Source: an uncultured Nitrososphaeraceae archaeon (GTDB lineage Archaea; Thermoproteota; Nitrososphaeria; Nitrososphaerales; Nitrososphaeraceae). From it: 64,000 bases of DNA. Below the pieces are notes generated by a model, which saw nothing but the letters and a program-made list of their open reading frames with translations, had not been told where the DNA came from and made no database searches. The stretch spans positions 992,001-1,056,000 of the forward strand of contig CAVZZA010000003.1 in assembly GCA_963779615.1 (NCBI GenBank), given 5' to 3'. This document shows positions 45,376 through 57,690 of this stretch, one piece after another (position 1 is the first letter of the stretch; each line of letters starts with the position of its first letter). A program made the position numbers and the translations under genes.

Positions 45376-45999
45376 ATTAAAATTTACTCAATTAGGAATT
45401 ATATAACCTTTATGTTAATCAACAATGCGCTTCTGCAAAGTAATGTTATGAAACATAAGCCCAAGCCCTTCTATATACGCATACGAAGTAAGCATTAAAA
45501 CAAACATAGAACAACCCAAAGTATATGAGGTTGTAACATCCATATTTTTTAACAGTTTTTCAATAGCAACACAAAATTTAGTGATAATTTCATAGTGATG
45601 ATAAATCAAATTTGTTGATTTTGAACATTCGCATAGACACGCAAGAGAAAGCAAATAAAAAACCCCTATTGGATGCGCCATCTGCAAATAAAAACATGGC
45701 AATTCGTTGCATAACGAATGTAATAAATTATTGAAACTCGATCACTATTTTCGTTTTCGTTGGAGAAAACCAGAGATAAAAGAAAAAACTCGGTTCATTG
45801 AAGATAAGTTGGAGCACCCAGCGGGTGTTGCTTTACATGCAACATTTTTTTTTATGTACAAAAATAGAAACCAATTGCCCAATTAACCTGGTAAATCTTT
45901 TTTTGAAATTACATAACAAAGGGACGAATGTCAAGATACGGTCCCGTAAAAAAATAATAACATTTAAGACATGCAATTTTTTATAAGAAATAGAGAGAA

Positions 46000-46446
46000 A
46001 TGGCGCGAACTCATGCTCACACACATGGAAAATCCCACACCATTAGACCCACCTCAAAAAATGCACCATCATGGACCATTGCAAATGAAGACATAATATC
46101 AAAAATAGTAGATTTTGGGAAGGAAGGACTAACCGCAAGTGAAATTGGCCTAAGACTTAGAGACGAATTTGCAGTTCCATTGGTAAAACCAATAATAGGA
46201 AAAACCATTACTCAAATTCTAGAGGAAAATAATATAAACAAGTCTATGCCTGAGGACCTAGAACGACTTGTTCGCAAGGCCTTGGGTTTACAAAAACATT
46301 TGTCCATTCATAACAGCGATAAAAGAAATGTAAGAGCATTGGAACTTATTGAATCAAAAGTCCACAGATTATCAAGATATTACAAGAAAAATGACAAAAT
46401 ACCCAAAGACTGGAAATACAAATCAGTAATTGCAAAACTAGAATAA
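46000..46446 (+). CDS. rps15: 30S ribosomal protein S15 (uS15)
   Basis: MARTHAHTHGKS, PEDL, ESKVHRLSRYYK. Confidence 0.97.
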   Translation: MARTHAHTHGKSHTIRPTSKNAPSWTIANEDIISKIVDFGKEGLTASEIGLRLRDEFAVPLVKPIIGKTITQILEENNINKSMPEDLERLVRKALGLQKHLSIHNSDKRNVRALELIESKVHRLSRYYKKNDKIPKDWKYKSVIAKLE

Positions 46447-46450
46447 TAGT

Positions 46451-47891
46451 ATGGGGGTTAAAGAACTAAAAAATAATTTATTCAGTAAAAGTCAAAAACT
46501 AATAAAAGAAATAGAGCAAAAGAAAGACATTTTCATTCTTGCAAATTCCACCATTGATGGAATATTAAGTGGATCCATTATTTTAAAGTCTATATTTAAC
46601 AATATGGGAAATGCAACAATACGGTGCTCCTGTAAAAAAATCAAAGACACTCTATCTGAGATAATCGACGAAAAACATGAATTTTACATTTTTACAGATT
46701 TTGATTCAAATGCGATTGACAATGTTAACAAATCATTTAACGAAGGCAATTATCTCTTTATTAATATCGATAAGATCACCAAATCAGATAATCTAACCTA
46801 CGAAAATATCATAAACCCATGGCTGTTCAATGTGAATGGAAAAGAAGAAATTAGTTCGGCCGGTTTAGCTTATTTTTTAATTAAAAACTTTGATAGAAAT
46901 TTCAATAATTTATCACAACTACCAATAATTTCAGCAATTTCAAAGGATCAGGATATTGGGGAAAATCAGATCATTGATAAGCTTAAACAATGAAATTTTA
47001 CAAGTATCCATAAATGAAAACATAATAGAACAAAAGAAAGGATTGACCATTTCTGAGATAGAGACAACCCCTATAACAGATGTTTTGGAAAACAACATGA
47101 TCCATTACATAAAAGAAATAACATGGAACAAGGAATCAAGTTTAAAGATAATCAAAGATTCACATTTATCCCCTAGTAAAAAAGGGAACAGAAAACTGTT
47201 TAACGAACTAGACGAAAAAGAATCCATCCAGTTAGTTGAGTCAATCGAAGGATTCTTGCAGGAAAATTCAAAATCAAATAATAAAAAAACAATTAAAGAT
47301 GTGCTATTTGGGTATAGATATATCCTGATTAACGAAGAAAATGAGGGCTTATTGAAAAACTCTAGGTCTTTTGTAAAGGTAATGGAGTCCTTGTTAAATG
47401 CACAGAAAACCGGACTTGCTTTAGCGCTATGCCTAGGCGACAGAGGGGAAATATTAAAAGATGTGCATGACATAATTACAGAATACAACAATCTGATAAG
47501 GAAAATAAGTTCCCAACTTTTTGGCGAAAAGTGGAGATTTTATGACAACAAAGAAACAATATTCATTAACGGCGAAGGAATCCTCGACGATCAAAATGTC
47601 AAGTCATTTATTTCATTTCTTGAAAACTCAGTTTCATTTGGCGACAGGCTAATATGCGTAAGGCTGCTGGATTCCGAAGAATTTTATAAATTCATAATAG
47701 CAAAAACAAAGTTTTGTAATTTTAATTTAATGAACATAGAGGAAAAAGTAACACAGGGAACGTTTGATAAAGGGGATGTTAAAATCATTGATAAAACCAA
47801 GATAGAAATTAAAATTTCAGCCAGTAATTTAGAAGACTTTTTATCAACTATAAAAAAAATAATCATAGATGGAAAAATTTCCCAATCTTAA
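46451..47891 (+). CDS. Degenerate DHH/RecJ-like protein (apparent frameshift near 46965)
   Basis: DGILSG, INPWL, EISSAG, DQD; position in the rps15-DHH-pcc1 cluster. Confidence 0.75.
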
Positions 47892-48147
47892 TATCGACGC
47901 CACCATTGAAATAGAGTGCAAAGACAATAAGGAATCAAAGGTAATTTATGATTCATTGGTGCCGGATAACATAAATTTTCCAAAAAACTTGGAACTTGAA
48001 ATGAAAACAATCAATTCCTTAATTTTATTAAAATTAAAATTTTATTCAGATATTGGAAAAGAAAACAGCACAGGGGCCCTGTTAAACACAGTTGATGAAA
48101 TATTGGAACACATAGGAATCATTAAAAATGTGATAAAAAATGATTGA
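47869..48147 (+). CDS. pcc1: KEOPS subunit Pcc1
   Basis: IYDSLVPDN; size and gene context. Confidence 0.8.
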   Translation: MEKFPNLNIDATIEIECKDNKESKVIYDSLVPDNINFPKNLELEMKTINSLILLKLKFYSDIGKENSTGALLNTVDEILEHIGIIKNVIKND

Positions 48148-49484
48148 TCCAAAAGTATTAAGAGAAATTCCAAACTCCATTAAAGAATTGGTATTCAAAA
48201 GGAACATGGAGTTTCCTTTAGATGAACTTTTAAAGTTAGACAAAAAAAGAAGGCACCTTATAACAGAATTACAAGTTGCAAATCATAATAAAAATTTAAT
48301 CGCCAAAGAGATTGCAGCAAAAAGAAAAAGCAATCAGGAGACAACCAATCAAATTCAGGAAATGAGTCAGATAGGTGAAAAAATAAAAGCATTAGAAAAA
48401 GAAAATAGAGAAAATGAAGAGAAGATACAAAAAACTTTTACACAATGTTCCTAACTTTTTTCACGATTCAGTCCCCATCGGAAAAGATGAAAACTCCAAT
48501 AGAATAATCAAGATTTTCAACAAAAACGAATCATTGGAAAATTTGGATATTGGCTATCATGATAAAACAAGCATGCAGAAGACCCCCGATACAACCCACA
48601 CAGCATCACAAATAAAAAACCATGTCCAAATATCAAATGAGTTAGATCTACTGGACTTAGAAAGAGCTGGAAAAATAGCTGGAGCTCGTTTCTTTTTTTT
48701 AAAAAATGATCTGGTGAGGCTGGGACTAGCTTTAACCAGTTTTGCGGTAGACCATTTGACTGAAAGAGAATTCTCAATAATACAACCCCCATACATGATA
48801 AAAAAAGAAGCGATGGAAGGTGCGGTAATTTTAAGTGATTTTGAAGAAACTATTTACAAAATTGAAAATGAAGACTTGTATATGATAGGAACATCCGAGC
48901 ACCCCATTGCGTCCATGCACATGAACGAAATTTTAGATGGGAAAAAACTTCCATTGCGATATGCGGGCATTAGTCCATGTTTCAGAAAAGAGGCTGGAGC
49001 CCACGGTAAGGACATGAAAGGAATCTTCAGGGTTCACCAATTTGAAAAAGTAGAACAATTTGTTTTTGCTGAACCAGAAGAATCCTGGAACGAGCACGAG
49101 AGATTATTGAGCACAACAGAAAAATATTATGAAGCTTTGGGAATACCATTTAGAACGATAGTTTTATGTTCTGGTGACCTAGGAAAAGTTTCCGCAAAAA
49201 CTTATGACATAGAGGCGTGGTTTCCAGCTCAAAATGCATATAGGGAAATTTGCTCTTGTTCTAACTGTACAGATTATCAATCCAGAAGCCTCAAGATAAG
49301 ACACAGAAATAACCCAAATGAAGATACGACTCTTGTTCACACATTGAACAGCACGTTGGTGGCAATACAAAGAACAATGGTAGCAATAATTGAAAACTAT
49401 CAGACTGAGAAAGGAACGGTAAAAATTCCACAAGTGTTGCAAAAATATATGAATAACCAAGAAGAGATTGGTCACAAAACGTAA
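48140..49484 (+). CDS. serS: Seryl-tRNA synthetase (apparent frameshift near 48420)
   Basis: N-terminal coiled coil; GTSEHP, CFRKEAG, FRVHQFEKVEQF, SCSNCTDYQ, HTLNST. Confidence 0.96.
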
Positions 49485-49579
49485 ATATATGTTTTTTTTA
49501 CGTTGCTTCACAAGTTTTTCCAGGTTTAACCATCATCTTTTTTCTAAAAAGGAAACCAAAATGTATATATTTTAGTTAT

Positions 49580-49870
49580 ATGGCTCATAGTATAATGAGC
49601 TTGTTAAGCATATTTTCTCAAACAAGTAGTATGTTCCAAAACGTAGGCTTGCAAATTGGTCCACAATATGATCCACTATTTTACGATGTAATGATATACA
49701 TATTTGGAACAATGTTATTTGCAGTATTTTTACTTGCGGTAATTTCATTCTGGCTAAGAAGAAAAGGTCTTGGTGGCAAATCTGCAAAAGAGAGATGGAC
49801 CCAAGAGCTAGAAAAGTATTTCCAAAAAGAGCAGATAGGCTTAATACCTGACGAGACACACCACTGGTAA
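49580..49870 (+). CDS. Small single-TM membrane protein
   Basis: Hydrophobic segment followed by WLRRKG. Confidence 0.6.
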   Translation: MAHSIMSLLSIFSQTSSMFQNVGLQIGPQYDPLFYDVMIYIFGTMLFAVFLLAVISFWLRRKGLGGKSAKERWTQELEKYFQKEQIGLIPDETHHW

Positions 49871-49876
49871 TAATAT

Positions 49877-49899
49877 AAAAAGGGATTACCCTTTTTTTT
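49877..49899 (+). terminator. Hairpin plus T-tract terminator
   Basis: AAAAAGGG-ATTA-CCCTTTTTTTT just after the stop. Confidence 0.6.
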
Positions 49900-49935
49900 A
49901 ATCATTTTTTAATTAAATAGCTCGTTATCAAAGGT

Positions 49936-50526
49936 TTGTATCAAATCAGGATTAACCATACAGGCCTTTCAACTGGAGAAATAGAAGCGATAAATAACCT
50001 TTTTTCCAAATACACCATTCTTGAACCTAAAACCGATCATGATTTTGAGTATGCAAGCATTTTAGAATTTGAATTCATTAAACATAACCAAATCGCGTTT
50101 TTTGATTTTATCTCAATCGATAAATGGGCTTTTTTGATAGAAATAATCAAAAACATCAAAAAAAGAAGGGGAAAAAAAGGGTTAAAATTCAAATTATCCA
50201 TCACAGAGGTCAATAAGCACAATGGCAGCAATAGCTGTTATGATGAAGAACCAGTTGTTTTAAAAAAAATAGTTTTTTTATTGAACCACAGAAATGATTT
50301 GGATTTTATCAAGGGACTAGAAAGAATCGAAATAACGATAGAAAACTTTACTGAGACGGATAATTTTCAAAAAATACAAGAAAAAGAAGAACAACCAACA
50401 AATAACAGACCCATTGAAAAAAATAAAAGAAAGCATGAAGAAACGGAAAGAATTGAAGGCGGGGGATCAATAATTTTTACATATGACGAATATAAAAGAA
50501 AATGGATTAGATCCACTTTGCAATAA
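49936..50526 (+). CDS. Hypothetical protein
   Basis: 196-aa ORF. Confidence 0.6.
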   Translation: MYQIRINHTGLSTGEIEAINNLFSKYTILEPKTDHDFEYASILEFEFIKHNQIAFFDFISIDKWAFLIEIIKNIKKRRGKKGLKFKLSITEVNKHNGSNSCYDEEPVVLKKIVFLLNHRNDLDFIKGLERIEITIENFTETDNFQKIQEKEEQPTNNRPIEKNKRKHEETERIEGGGSIIFTYDEYKRKWIRSTLQ

Positions 50527-50841
50527 ACCCATAGCACACGCAAAAATAAAAAATGCGTTAGATCTCAAATCAAACAGAATTACCTAATAAAAAATAAATG
50601 TGATGATGCGTTGTTATTGATTTTGTAAACCAATGGCATTCACCCAATACAAGCATTCACTAAAAATCATGTAAAAGTAAACAAACAAAAGGTCAAGCTT
50701 GCACCAAAATTTAGGCCAATCCAAACGGTATAGACAGTTTACAGACAGTTGAAACCACAGGAACTAACACATTTTAAGTTTGCAACCAACAGCAACATAA
50801 TAATACACAAAACTAAAAAAACGGCAAAAAAAAACAAACAC

Positions 50842-51222
50842 ATGTTGCGTAAAAATAAGGATGAGGGCAAAAATATTGATTTATCGATCACAGAAAAAGA
50901 AACCAATGGAAAGAAAGAGATTGACGGGGAAATAATAATAAACTACCCTGGCAGGTTTGACAGCATAAGCATAAATTCACAAATAGAGGACTCGTCAGAC
51001 GTTTTTACTTATATTGAAATTAATAACAAAAAAATAGATCATCCCTATGCAAGACTATCAATTTTCAAAAAGGAGATTCAAGACCACAAAACAATTAAGT
51101 TCAAGGCGTTTACAAATCACACACCCAAAAATAATGAATCAAACGTAAAGTTCAGGGCAACACTAATCCAAGAACACAAAGAAATAGCATCGGATATAAA
51201 GTTCATTAAAATTAAAAAATAA
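50842..51222 (+). CDS. Conserved hypothetical protein
   Basis: ORF with a probable ATG start at 50842. Confidence 0.6.
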   Translation: MLRKNKDEGKNIDLSITEKETNGKKEIDGEIIINYPGRFDSISINSQIEDSSDVFTYIEINNKKIDHPYARLSIFKKEIQDHKTIKFKAFTNHTPKNNESNVKFRATLIQEHKEIASDIKFIKIKK

Positions 51223-51234
51223 ACAGGAAATTTC

Positions 51235-51708
51235 CTAACTGAAGTTTTTTTCGATGGTCACTTTACCAGTCATCCAGGGATGAGGCTCACAATGATAAAG
51301 ATATTCCCCATCTTGAGTGAAGGTATACTCAAATGTGCCTTTTGCGGGAATTAGGCCTACAGAAGACAATGAGTCAAATTTTCCGTTTATTGGGTCCACG
51401 TAATTATTGTCTGTAGAAACGGTGTGAGGCGTCACATCATCGTTTGTCCACACAACTTTATTCGATACACCCAGCACGCCCCTTGCCACCTTGGGTTCAA
51501 AATTCTTTGTTTGTGATGGCTGGGAGGAGCCAGCATCTATTGAAACCTTAACTGCTTGAGCGGGATTTAGAATTTCTTTAGATACTTCAGGCTTTGCGCT
51601 TAAAGTAGGCAAGAACACAAATTGATAATACGATAAACTAACAACCACAACCACTATAAAGGAAACAATACTAATGCCACCAATTTGATAGTTTTTGACT
51701 TTTTGCAA
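51235..51708 (-). CDS. Membrane-anchored plastocyanin-like blue copper protein
   Basis: WTNDD..PHTV, YHCEPHPWM type-1 copper motif. Confidence 0.9.
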   Translation of the reverse strand: MQKVKNYQIGGISIVSFIVVVVVSLSYYQFVFLPTLSAKPEVSKEILNPAQAVKVSIDAGSSQPSQTKNFEPKVARGVLGVSNKVVWTNDDVTPHTVSTDNNYVDPINGKFDSLSSVGLIPAKGTFEYTFTQDGEYLYHCEPHPWMTGKVTIEKNFS

Positions 51709-52371
51709 TCAAATTTTAAAAGCAATCAACATAATAAATATTTTTATTATTCAATGGATTGTGTTCACTTGACTATCCATCCACAGGTAATGTTCCATTT
51801 TATCAATTACCTCTGGTATCAACACCCACTTTCGTTGGGGCAGGCATACGATTGATTGCGCTTTAATATGCAAATGTTCATAAATTGAGGGTATTGGATT
51901 CCTACATATCAATTGTTTTACCTAGTAAAGATTATCGCACACAATGCGAAATCGCAAGTAAAAAAAAGAAAATACCAGTAAAAAAACAATTAAAGTTATA
52001 CTTTTTATGGAGCAAAGATATGGCTCTACTACTCAAATACAATTTTATCGTCATAGCTACTATGTGGTCTTTTACAAATTGTGTTATAGAATTTACTGAC
52101 AAATCATATTCAGGTTAATAATATCTAACACCTTTGTTTATGCAAGCCCACACATTGTGGCAAATATACTAGCAAAGCATAAATGAACATGCCCACAATA
52201 GTCTTCATTTTTTAAATAGAGACAAGCAAGTCATCACCGTAACCGATAGATTAGAAATTATGTCGGATCTAAAAAACTGATAGACTCAAGCAACATAGAA
52301 TAATAAAAATATAACCTCAATTTAGTTTCATAGCAAAACAATAAAAAATTTTGATTGTTTTTTATAAATAA

Positions 52372-53998
52372 TCAGGATGAGGAGGTGGAGGATGCTGTTG
52401 AGGATGTGGAGGATGCTGTTGAGGATGTGGAGGATGTGGAGGATGTGGAGGATGTGGAGGATGCTGTTTTAATCTCTGGAGCTTTTAGTGATTCAGCCTC
52501 TTTTGTTGTTTTATCAGATAGTGAAGAGATACCGGATCCTGCCAATGCTTCCTTCTTTAATGGTTCTTTCCTGAGCAATTTATTTCCAAAAGAGGGTAAG
52601 CCAGGACGGTATTTTCTGGAAGACACAACCTCTACATTTGATTTTGGAATATTTTTACTGTATCTGTAAAGATGGAACATCCCCGCAAAAACTAGCATTA
52701 TTATACCGACCAAAAACAAAGAAAAGTTTTTCATCCCAGTTAACAATGCGTAGTAGGTTGCAATATTCAAATACACCTGGAATCCTATCAAACAAACAAA
52801 TATGATATAAAGCCATTTTTCAGGTAATTGTATTGGGCTTTTCTCGGGGGATTTCTTTTGGTTTTTAGCATTCGTTTCAGCATTTTTGGCAATTTTTATC
52901 ATCATGTAAGTGAATGCAAAAGACAATGGAACTATCAACGCCATGACGGTATAAAGAAAAATAGGATCTATCACCAATCGGTCTAGCAAAGACTTTGTCC
53001 TATCAGGATCTATGTAAAAACCCCAATAAGTTGTTACCATTATCTGAGCTATGCTCGTTATACCCAATGCAGACTATGATGGGTCTATCCTTCCAGGAGA
53101 ATTTTTTATATTTGTCTATAAAGGGCATGATTAGCAGCGTTAGAATAAAGAGTCCAGGCCAGGCCACCCCAGTTGTAAATTTATCAAATCCACTTCTTAA
53201 AAACGCGTATAGTCCTGTAAGATACCACTCTGGAACTGTAATTCCGGGCGGAACGTTAGGGTCAAATTTGAGTCCCATGTCTACAGGGAACACACCACCA
53301 GTTAGCATTATAGCCCCAGATACAGCCATAACCATAGGAACATCAAATACTAGGAATCTAGGAAAATGCACTACCATTAACCCCAATAACACTATGGGTA
53401 AAAAGAACACATGAAAAGCATAGAATCTAAGTATAAAATCATGGAAACCTGCGCCAAAAAACGCTTGCATCATATCGGGCCCTAATATAGGAATCGAGTT
53501 CGTCAGCGATGCCGCAATCGAAATAGCTAATTCCGCCCGCTCGCTAAAAATGATATCATATCCAGTAAAGGCTTCAAGAATGGTTAAAACTCCTAAAATT
53601 ACACCGGTTACCCAAAGCATTTCATTTCTAATCTTGTACCTGCCACTGAAAAATTGATAATACATATGCAAAATAGCCAGCATAACCATTGCATTAGAGG
53701 CATGATAGTGGATATTACGCATATGAAAACCATATGGAATGGTATCGTTTATTTTATCCACACTATCCCAGGCCCTATTAAGAATTGGTTCATACCACAG
53801 CATCAAAAGGGCACCCGTTATGCCCAGAATAATGAAAATTACAAAAGTCAACATACCAAGGAATCCAAGGGGACTTACAAACTTGGCATGGAAATGTAAA
53901 CTTTAGATCCCATGAAAATGGTACGATCGAAACCGGCAGTAAATCCACTTAAATAGCCTTACTAGGCTGTTGTCTTGACTATGTAAGGTAGCGCCCAT
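52372..53998 (-). CDS. petB: Cytochrome b of complex III (several apparent frameshifts)
   Basis: SPLGFLG, RNIHYHASN..LHM, FTGYD, FYAFHV...VHF, PEWYL; continues into ORF 52372-53067. Confidence 0.9.
52375..52467. repeat. 9-bp (GAGGATGTG)-based tandem repeat encoding the Ser/Thr tail of cytochrome b
   Basis: GAGGATGTG and GAGGATGCTGTT units. Confidence 0.85.
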
Positions 53999-54596
53999 AT
54001 CCTACCACTCCATTTCCTGACGGACTCCAATTAGGCGGCTTTATCCAAACATCACCCTTATCATCCACCTCCAGATCCAACATGGGTAAAACATTTGAAG
54101 GGGGTGCCTGCAATGCATGCTGGACCTGCAAATGCCAATCCATTCATTGGATCATACATGGAACCATGACATGGACATTCACCACGTTTTCTTCCATCTT
54201 CTGGCCAATATTTCCATAGACACCACAAATGCAAGCACACCATACTATACATGCGAAAAGCAGTACGAATCATTTTTATCCCCACCCAATTCTGCAGGAA
54301 GACTTATAAATTGCCAGGTTCTAAATGCCTCTTCATTTAAAACAGGATCATCAGTCTTAGGGATAAATAACTGCTTCAGAGTAATTGACCTTAAATGTTT
54401 TTACATTTGCTTGAGAACCATCAGGCAGCATAACTTTTGCCCTCTCACCACTAGCTTCTTTGGGATTGGGCAAAAACTTTCCCCAGTCAACAAACGGAGT
54501 AAAAGTCATGACAGTCCCTGCAGCAGCAAGCAATTTTAAGAAATCCCTACGTGAAATCTTTCCTCCACCAATATTAGGAGGTTGATGCTGAGCCAT
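53979..54596 (-). CDS. petC: Rieske Fe-S subunit of complex III with a Tat signal (frameshifted)
   Basis: SRRDFLK; CLHLWC...CPCHGS; ends GNGVVGYGRYLT* overlapping the petB start. Confidence 0.9.
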
Positions 54597-54671
54597 TATG
54601 ATGACAAAATGCGACTAACATATCTTATAAATCTATTTGATATTATTTCATCTGTCCAAATCCGATAGAAT

Positions 54672-55658
54672 CTATGAGAGTTGCTCTAACCTTATTCTGA
54701 TAATGCCGTTAATGACAGAAATCGATGTAACGTTAAGGATGGAGTTTTCAGACTTTGGAATTTGGACCGAATAGGTTTTGTTTAGCACAGGCACTTTTAC
54801 ATACAAAACATTATTAGAATTATCAAATTTAACCTGAATATCAGATTTTGAAACAATACCTCGTTGTTGGATGATCACATCCAGAAAACCATTTCCAGGG
54901 AGAACTTCTGGGGAGACATCTTCCTCTGCCAGGTCATTTTTCACGGGTTTGAATTGGGTTGTTTTGTTTATTTTTGTTTCGTTAAAAGGTCTGCAAAAAA
55001 ATGGGGCAAAAAACTTCCAAGAATACGCAGTGCCAACCCCTGCCAAAAATCCACCTATATGCGCAAGATATGCGACTCCTCCGGACTGGCCAATTAACGC
55101 AAAAATCAGTTGCAGTATGAACCAAAAGGGGATATACGCCAAAGCAGGTATTCTCACGGTAGTAATAAAAAAGGCCAAAATCATGGTATGTATTTTAGCG
55201 TGAGGGAAAAAAATCAAATATCCACCAAGAACACCAGATATTGCGCCGGAGGCACCTACTGCGGAATATTTCCATCACCAGTTGACACTGCATATATGCT
55301 ATGAGCAAAAGAAGCGACAACACCCCAAAGTAAATACAGCATTAGATATTTGTAGTGGCCAAAACGGCCTTCCAAGTTATCACCGAAAACATAAAGGAAA
55401 AACATGTTTCCCAATAAATGAGCTATGCTGCCATGCAAAAACATAGAGGAAAAGAACGAACAAAGATTTTGGCCGGACAAAATGAGGTTTGGAACAGCAC
55501 CATAGTTAGAAAACAAGATAAGGATTGTGCAAAATATTGGAGAAATTAGAAGTAATGATCATTTCATAAATGAAAATAAGAATATTTACAGCGATTAATC
55601 CATAATTAATAAATGGCCTTCCTATGGTGCTTGGGGCATCATCATTATATGGAAACAT
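54672..55658 (-). CDS. Rhomboid-family intramembrane serine protease (frameshifted)
   Basis: MFPYNDD...; SMFLHG..HLLGNM..L.VFGDNLE; GASGAISG; AYLAHIGGF. Confidence 0.88.
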
Positions 55659-55702
55659 ACAGTAACTCAATCTAATAAATAAAATAAAACAAAAAGAACA
55701 AA

Positions 55703-55864
55703 TTATGTTCCAAAGGGATTAAAATTTGGCATATCACTATTTTTTTCACTATGAGCTTTTCTAGTATGACGTCTTAATCTTTCATCATCTTCAAAAACCA
55801 TATCGCAGTATTTGCATTTTTTCTTACCGCCATCTTTTTCATTCTTTTTAGAAAATAATCGCAC
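55703..55864 (-). CDS. Small C2H2 zinc-finger protein (53 aa)
   Basis: CKYCDMVF...LRRHTRKAH...DMPNFNPF; GTG start; below the ORF-track cutoff. Confidence 0.75.
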   Translation of the reverse strand: MRLFSKKNEKDGGKKKCKYCDMVFEDDERLRRHTRKAHSEKNSDMPNFNPFGT

Positions 55865-55935
55865 AATTAATTAGAAAATAAGGGCGTAAATTAAAGTTAC
55901 TGTCAGTTGAAAATAAAAGAAAAAGTAAGCTGAAG

Positions 55936-56166
55936 TTACTCCATGACAATCATGGTTAGGGTAGATTTAACTCCATTTAATTTTCTTAGATTCCATGTAA
56001 TGGTCTCTTTAACCTTATCCATAGTTTCACCCTCCACAAGAGCCACTATATCATACACACCATACACTTGATAAACATTTTTTATTAAATCTATTTTTTT
56101 TAATTCATTGATGATTGATTCCTCACTACCTAATTCCGCATTCATTAGCACAAAAGCTTCTGGCAC
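55936..56166 (-). CDS. Stand-alone Lrp/AsnC ligand-binding domain protein
   Basis: AFVLMNAELG, VYGVYDI, VKSTLTMIV. Confidence 0.9.
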   Translation of the reverse strand: MPEAFVLMNAELGSEESIINELKKIDLIKNVYQVYGVYDIVALVEGETMDKVKETITWNLRKLNGVKSTLTMIVME

Positions 56167-56227
56167 ATATCTATAAAACTAAAACAAATATAAAAAGATG
56201 ATTTAGTTTAAAATCAAGAAAAAGACA

Positions 56228-57038
56228 CTAGATTTCCGGGCTTAATTTGGATTCATCAAATTGTTTTGCGCGAATCCACTCATAACAAAAAAAATCCTCG
56301 CACCATTCGTGAAAGGATTCATCTTTACTATAAAACATGATGTTAAGATCAGGGACCCCTTTAAGTGTAGGAAAGGAAACGCAAGACTCATTCTCATTAA
56401 AGATAGTCACAATACTCACTTTATCAACCAGTCGGCGTTCCACCATTCCTTTGAATATCATATGTATTCCATCCTAGTTTTTTTAGGAGTTCATTTCTTC
56501 CTTTAGGAATCACAACATCATTGGGAAAAATGTAGGAAAACTTTACATTATTATTGATACGCTCTGCAATGGGTTCTATCAAATCTATTGGAACTTGGGA
56601 CAGAATTTCCTTGATATAGATACGAGAGTTATTATAGACCATTTTCCACCGCTGGAGAACTGCCATCACGCCTACAACAACTTCACAATTGTTGAGAGAA
56701 CCTATTCTTTGAACAAACTTTAACGGAAGACTACTCAGAGTATGCTCTTGAAAATATTCTTTATGGATAAAAGGAAAACGAAAGTTAGGAATCAAAGATA
56801 CAATAATTTTTCCATACGATGTCAACAACAAATCGCCTTCCCCAGTTTTTTTTACCAGTCCAGAATCAATTAGTCTATTGACGTTTCTATGAGATTCTTG
56901 CATAGTTGTATTTAGATCACCTGCCAATTGGGATAGACGATAAGGTTTGGATGATAGTTTCATTAACATATACAGCCTTACATCTCCAGCAAGCTCAAAG
57001 AACACGGAATGAAAGTCATCACCAGCCTGGCCCAGCAT
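56228..57038 (-). CDS. ArsR-type HTH plus DUF1724-like transcriptional regulator (frameshift near 56460)
   Basis: FFELAGDVRL, LTSYG, YFQEH; C-terminal FHEWCEDFF. Confidence 0.8.
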
Positions 57039-57185
57039 GAGTTAAAAGTTATAGAAACTTAAATTTAAACTTGCTAAAGTCGGACAATTTCATTAATCGG
57101 CTTATTTATTTATTAGTGAAAAAACAACGATGTGGAAGAGAAACCAAAACGTTTTAATTGGTTTACAAGTTACAAAATTTGAAGT

Positions 57186-57285
57186 GCCCGGGTAGTATAG
57201 AAATGCATTCGTTTGCATTGTAAAGTCCGGTCCAGTATGGGGGACTGTCACTCCTTCGACCCGGGTTCGAATCCCGGCCCGGGCG
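57186..57285 (+). tRNA. tRNA-Asp(GTC) with a 25-nt D-loop intron (about 15/16)
   Basis: GCCCGGG acceptor; removing 57201-57225 restores the D arm; anticodon GTC at 57247-57249; CCGGG-TTCGAAT-CCCGG T arm. Confidence 0.93.
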
Positions 57286-57690
57286 CTTAAACAATTTTTT
57301 TATCCCTTTTTCAAGTGTTTTTGAAATTCCCTGACAAGGTTACAGCATTACAAAAGTAATGAAGGTTGTATTTAAAATGAAAAGATATGGTTGTTTACAA
57401 GTACATTTTAACTTTAACAGGTAGCCATAAACACAATATCAAGAGTAAGATAGAGAAAGATAAAATCAATTTTTAGATTAATCACTGTCAACAAAGTATT
57501 AGACGCATATTTTGATCTAATTCTTCATACAGCATGCCCGAAATGTTCGGGCTCACATCAAAACTAAATCATTACTAGGCAATTCAATTGCATAATACTA
57601 AATAAAATTGAATGATTTTTTCACACATCAACAGCAGATAAACAAAGAAAAAATTAGGAAACAATATTGTGCCATTATTTAAGAATCAGC

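Noticed and set aside
45415-46024. Short ORFs upstream of rps15
   Set aside because: No motifs, overlapping on both strands, AT-rich intergenic character
52355-52669. Acidic EDVEDV repeat ORF
   Set aside because: Antisense shadow of the cytochrome b Ser/Thr tail
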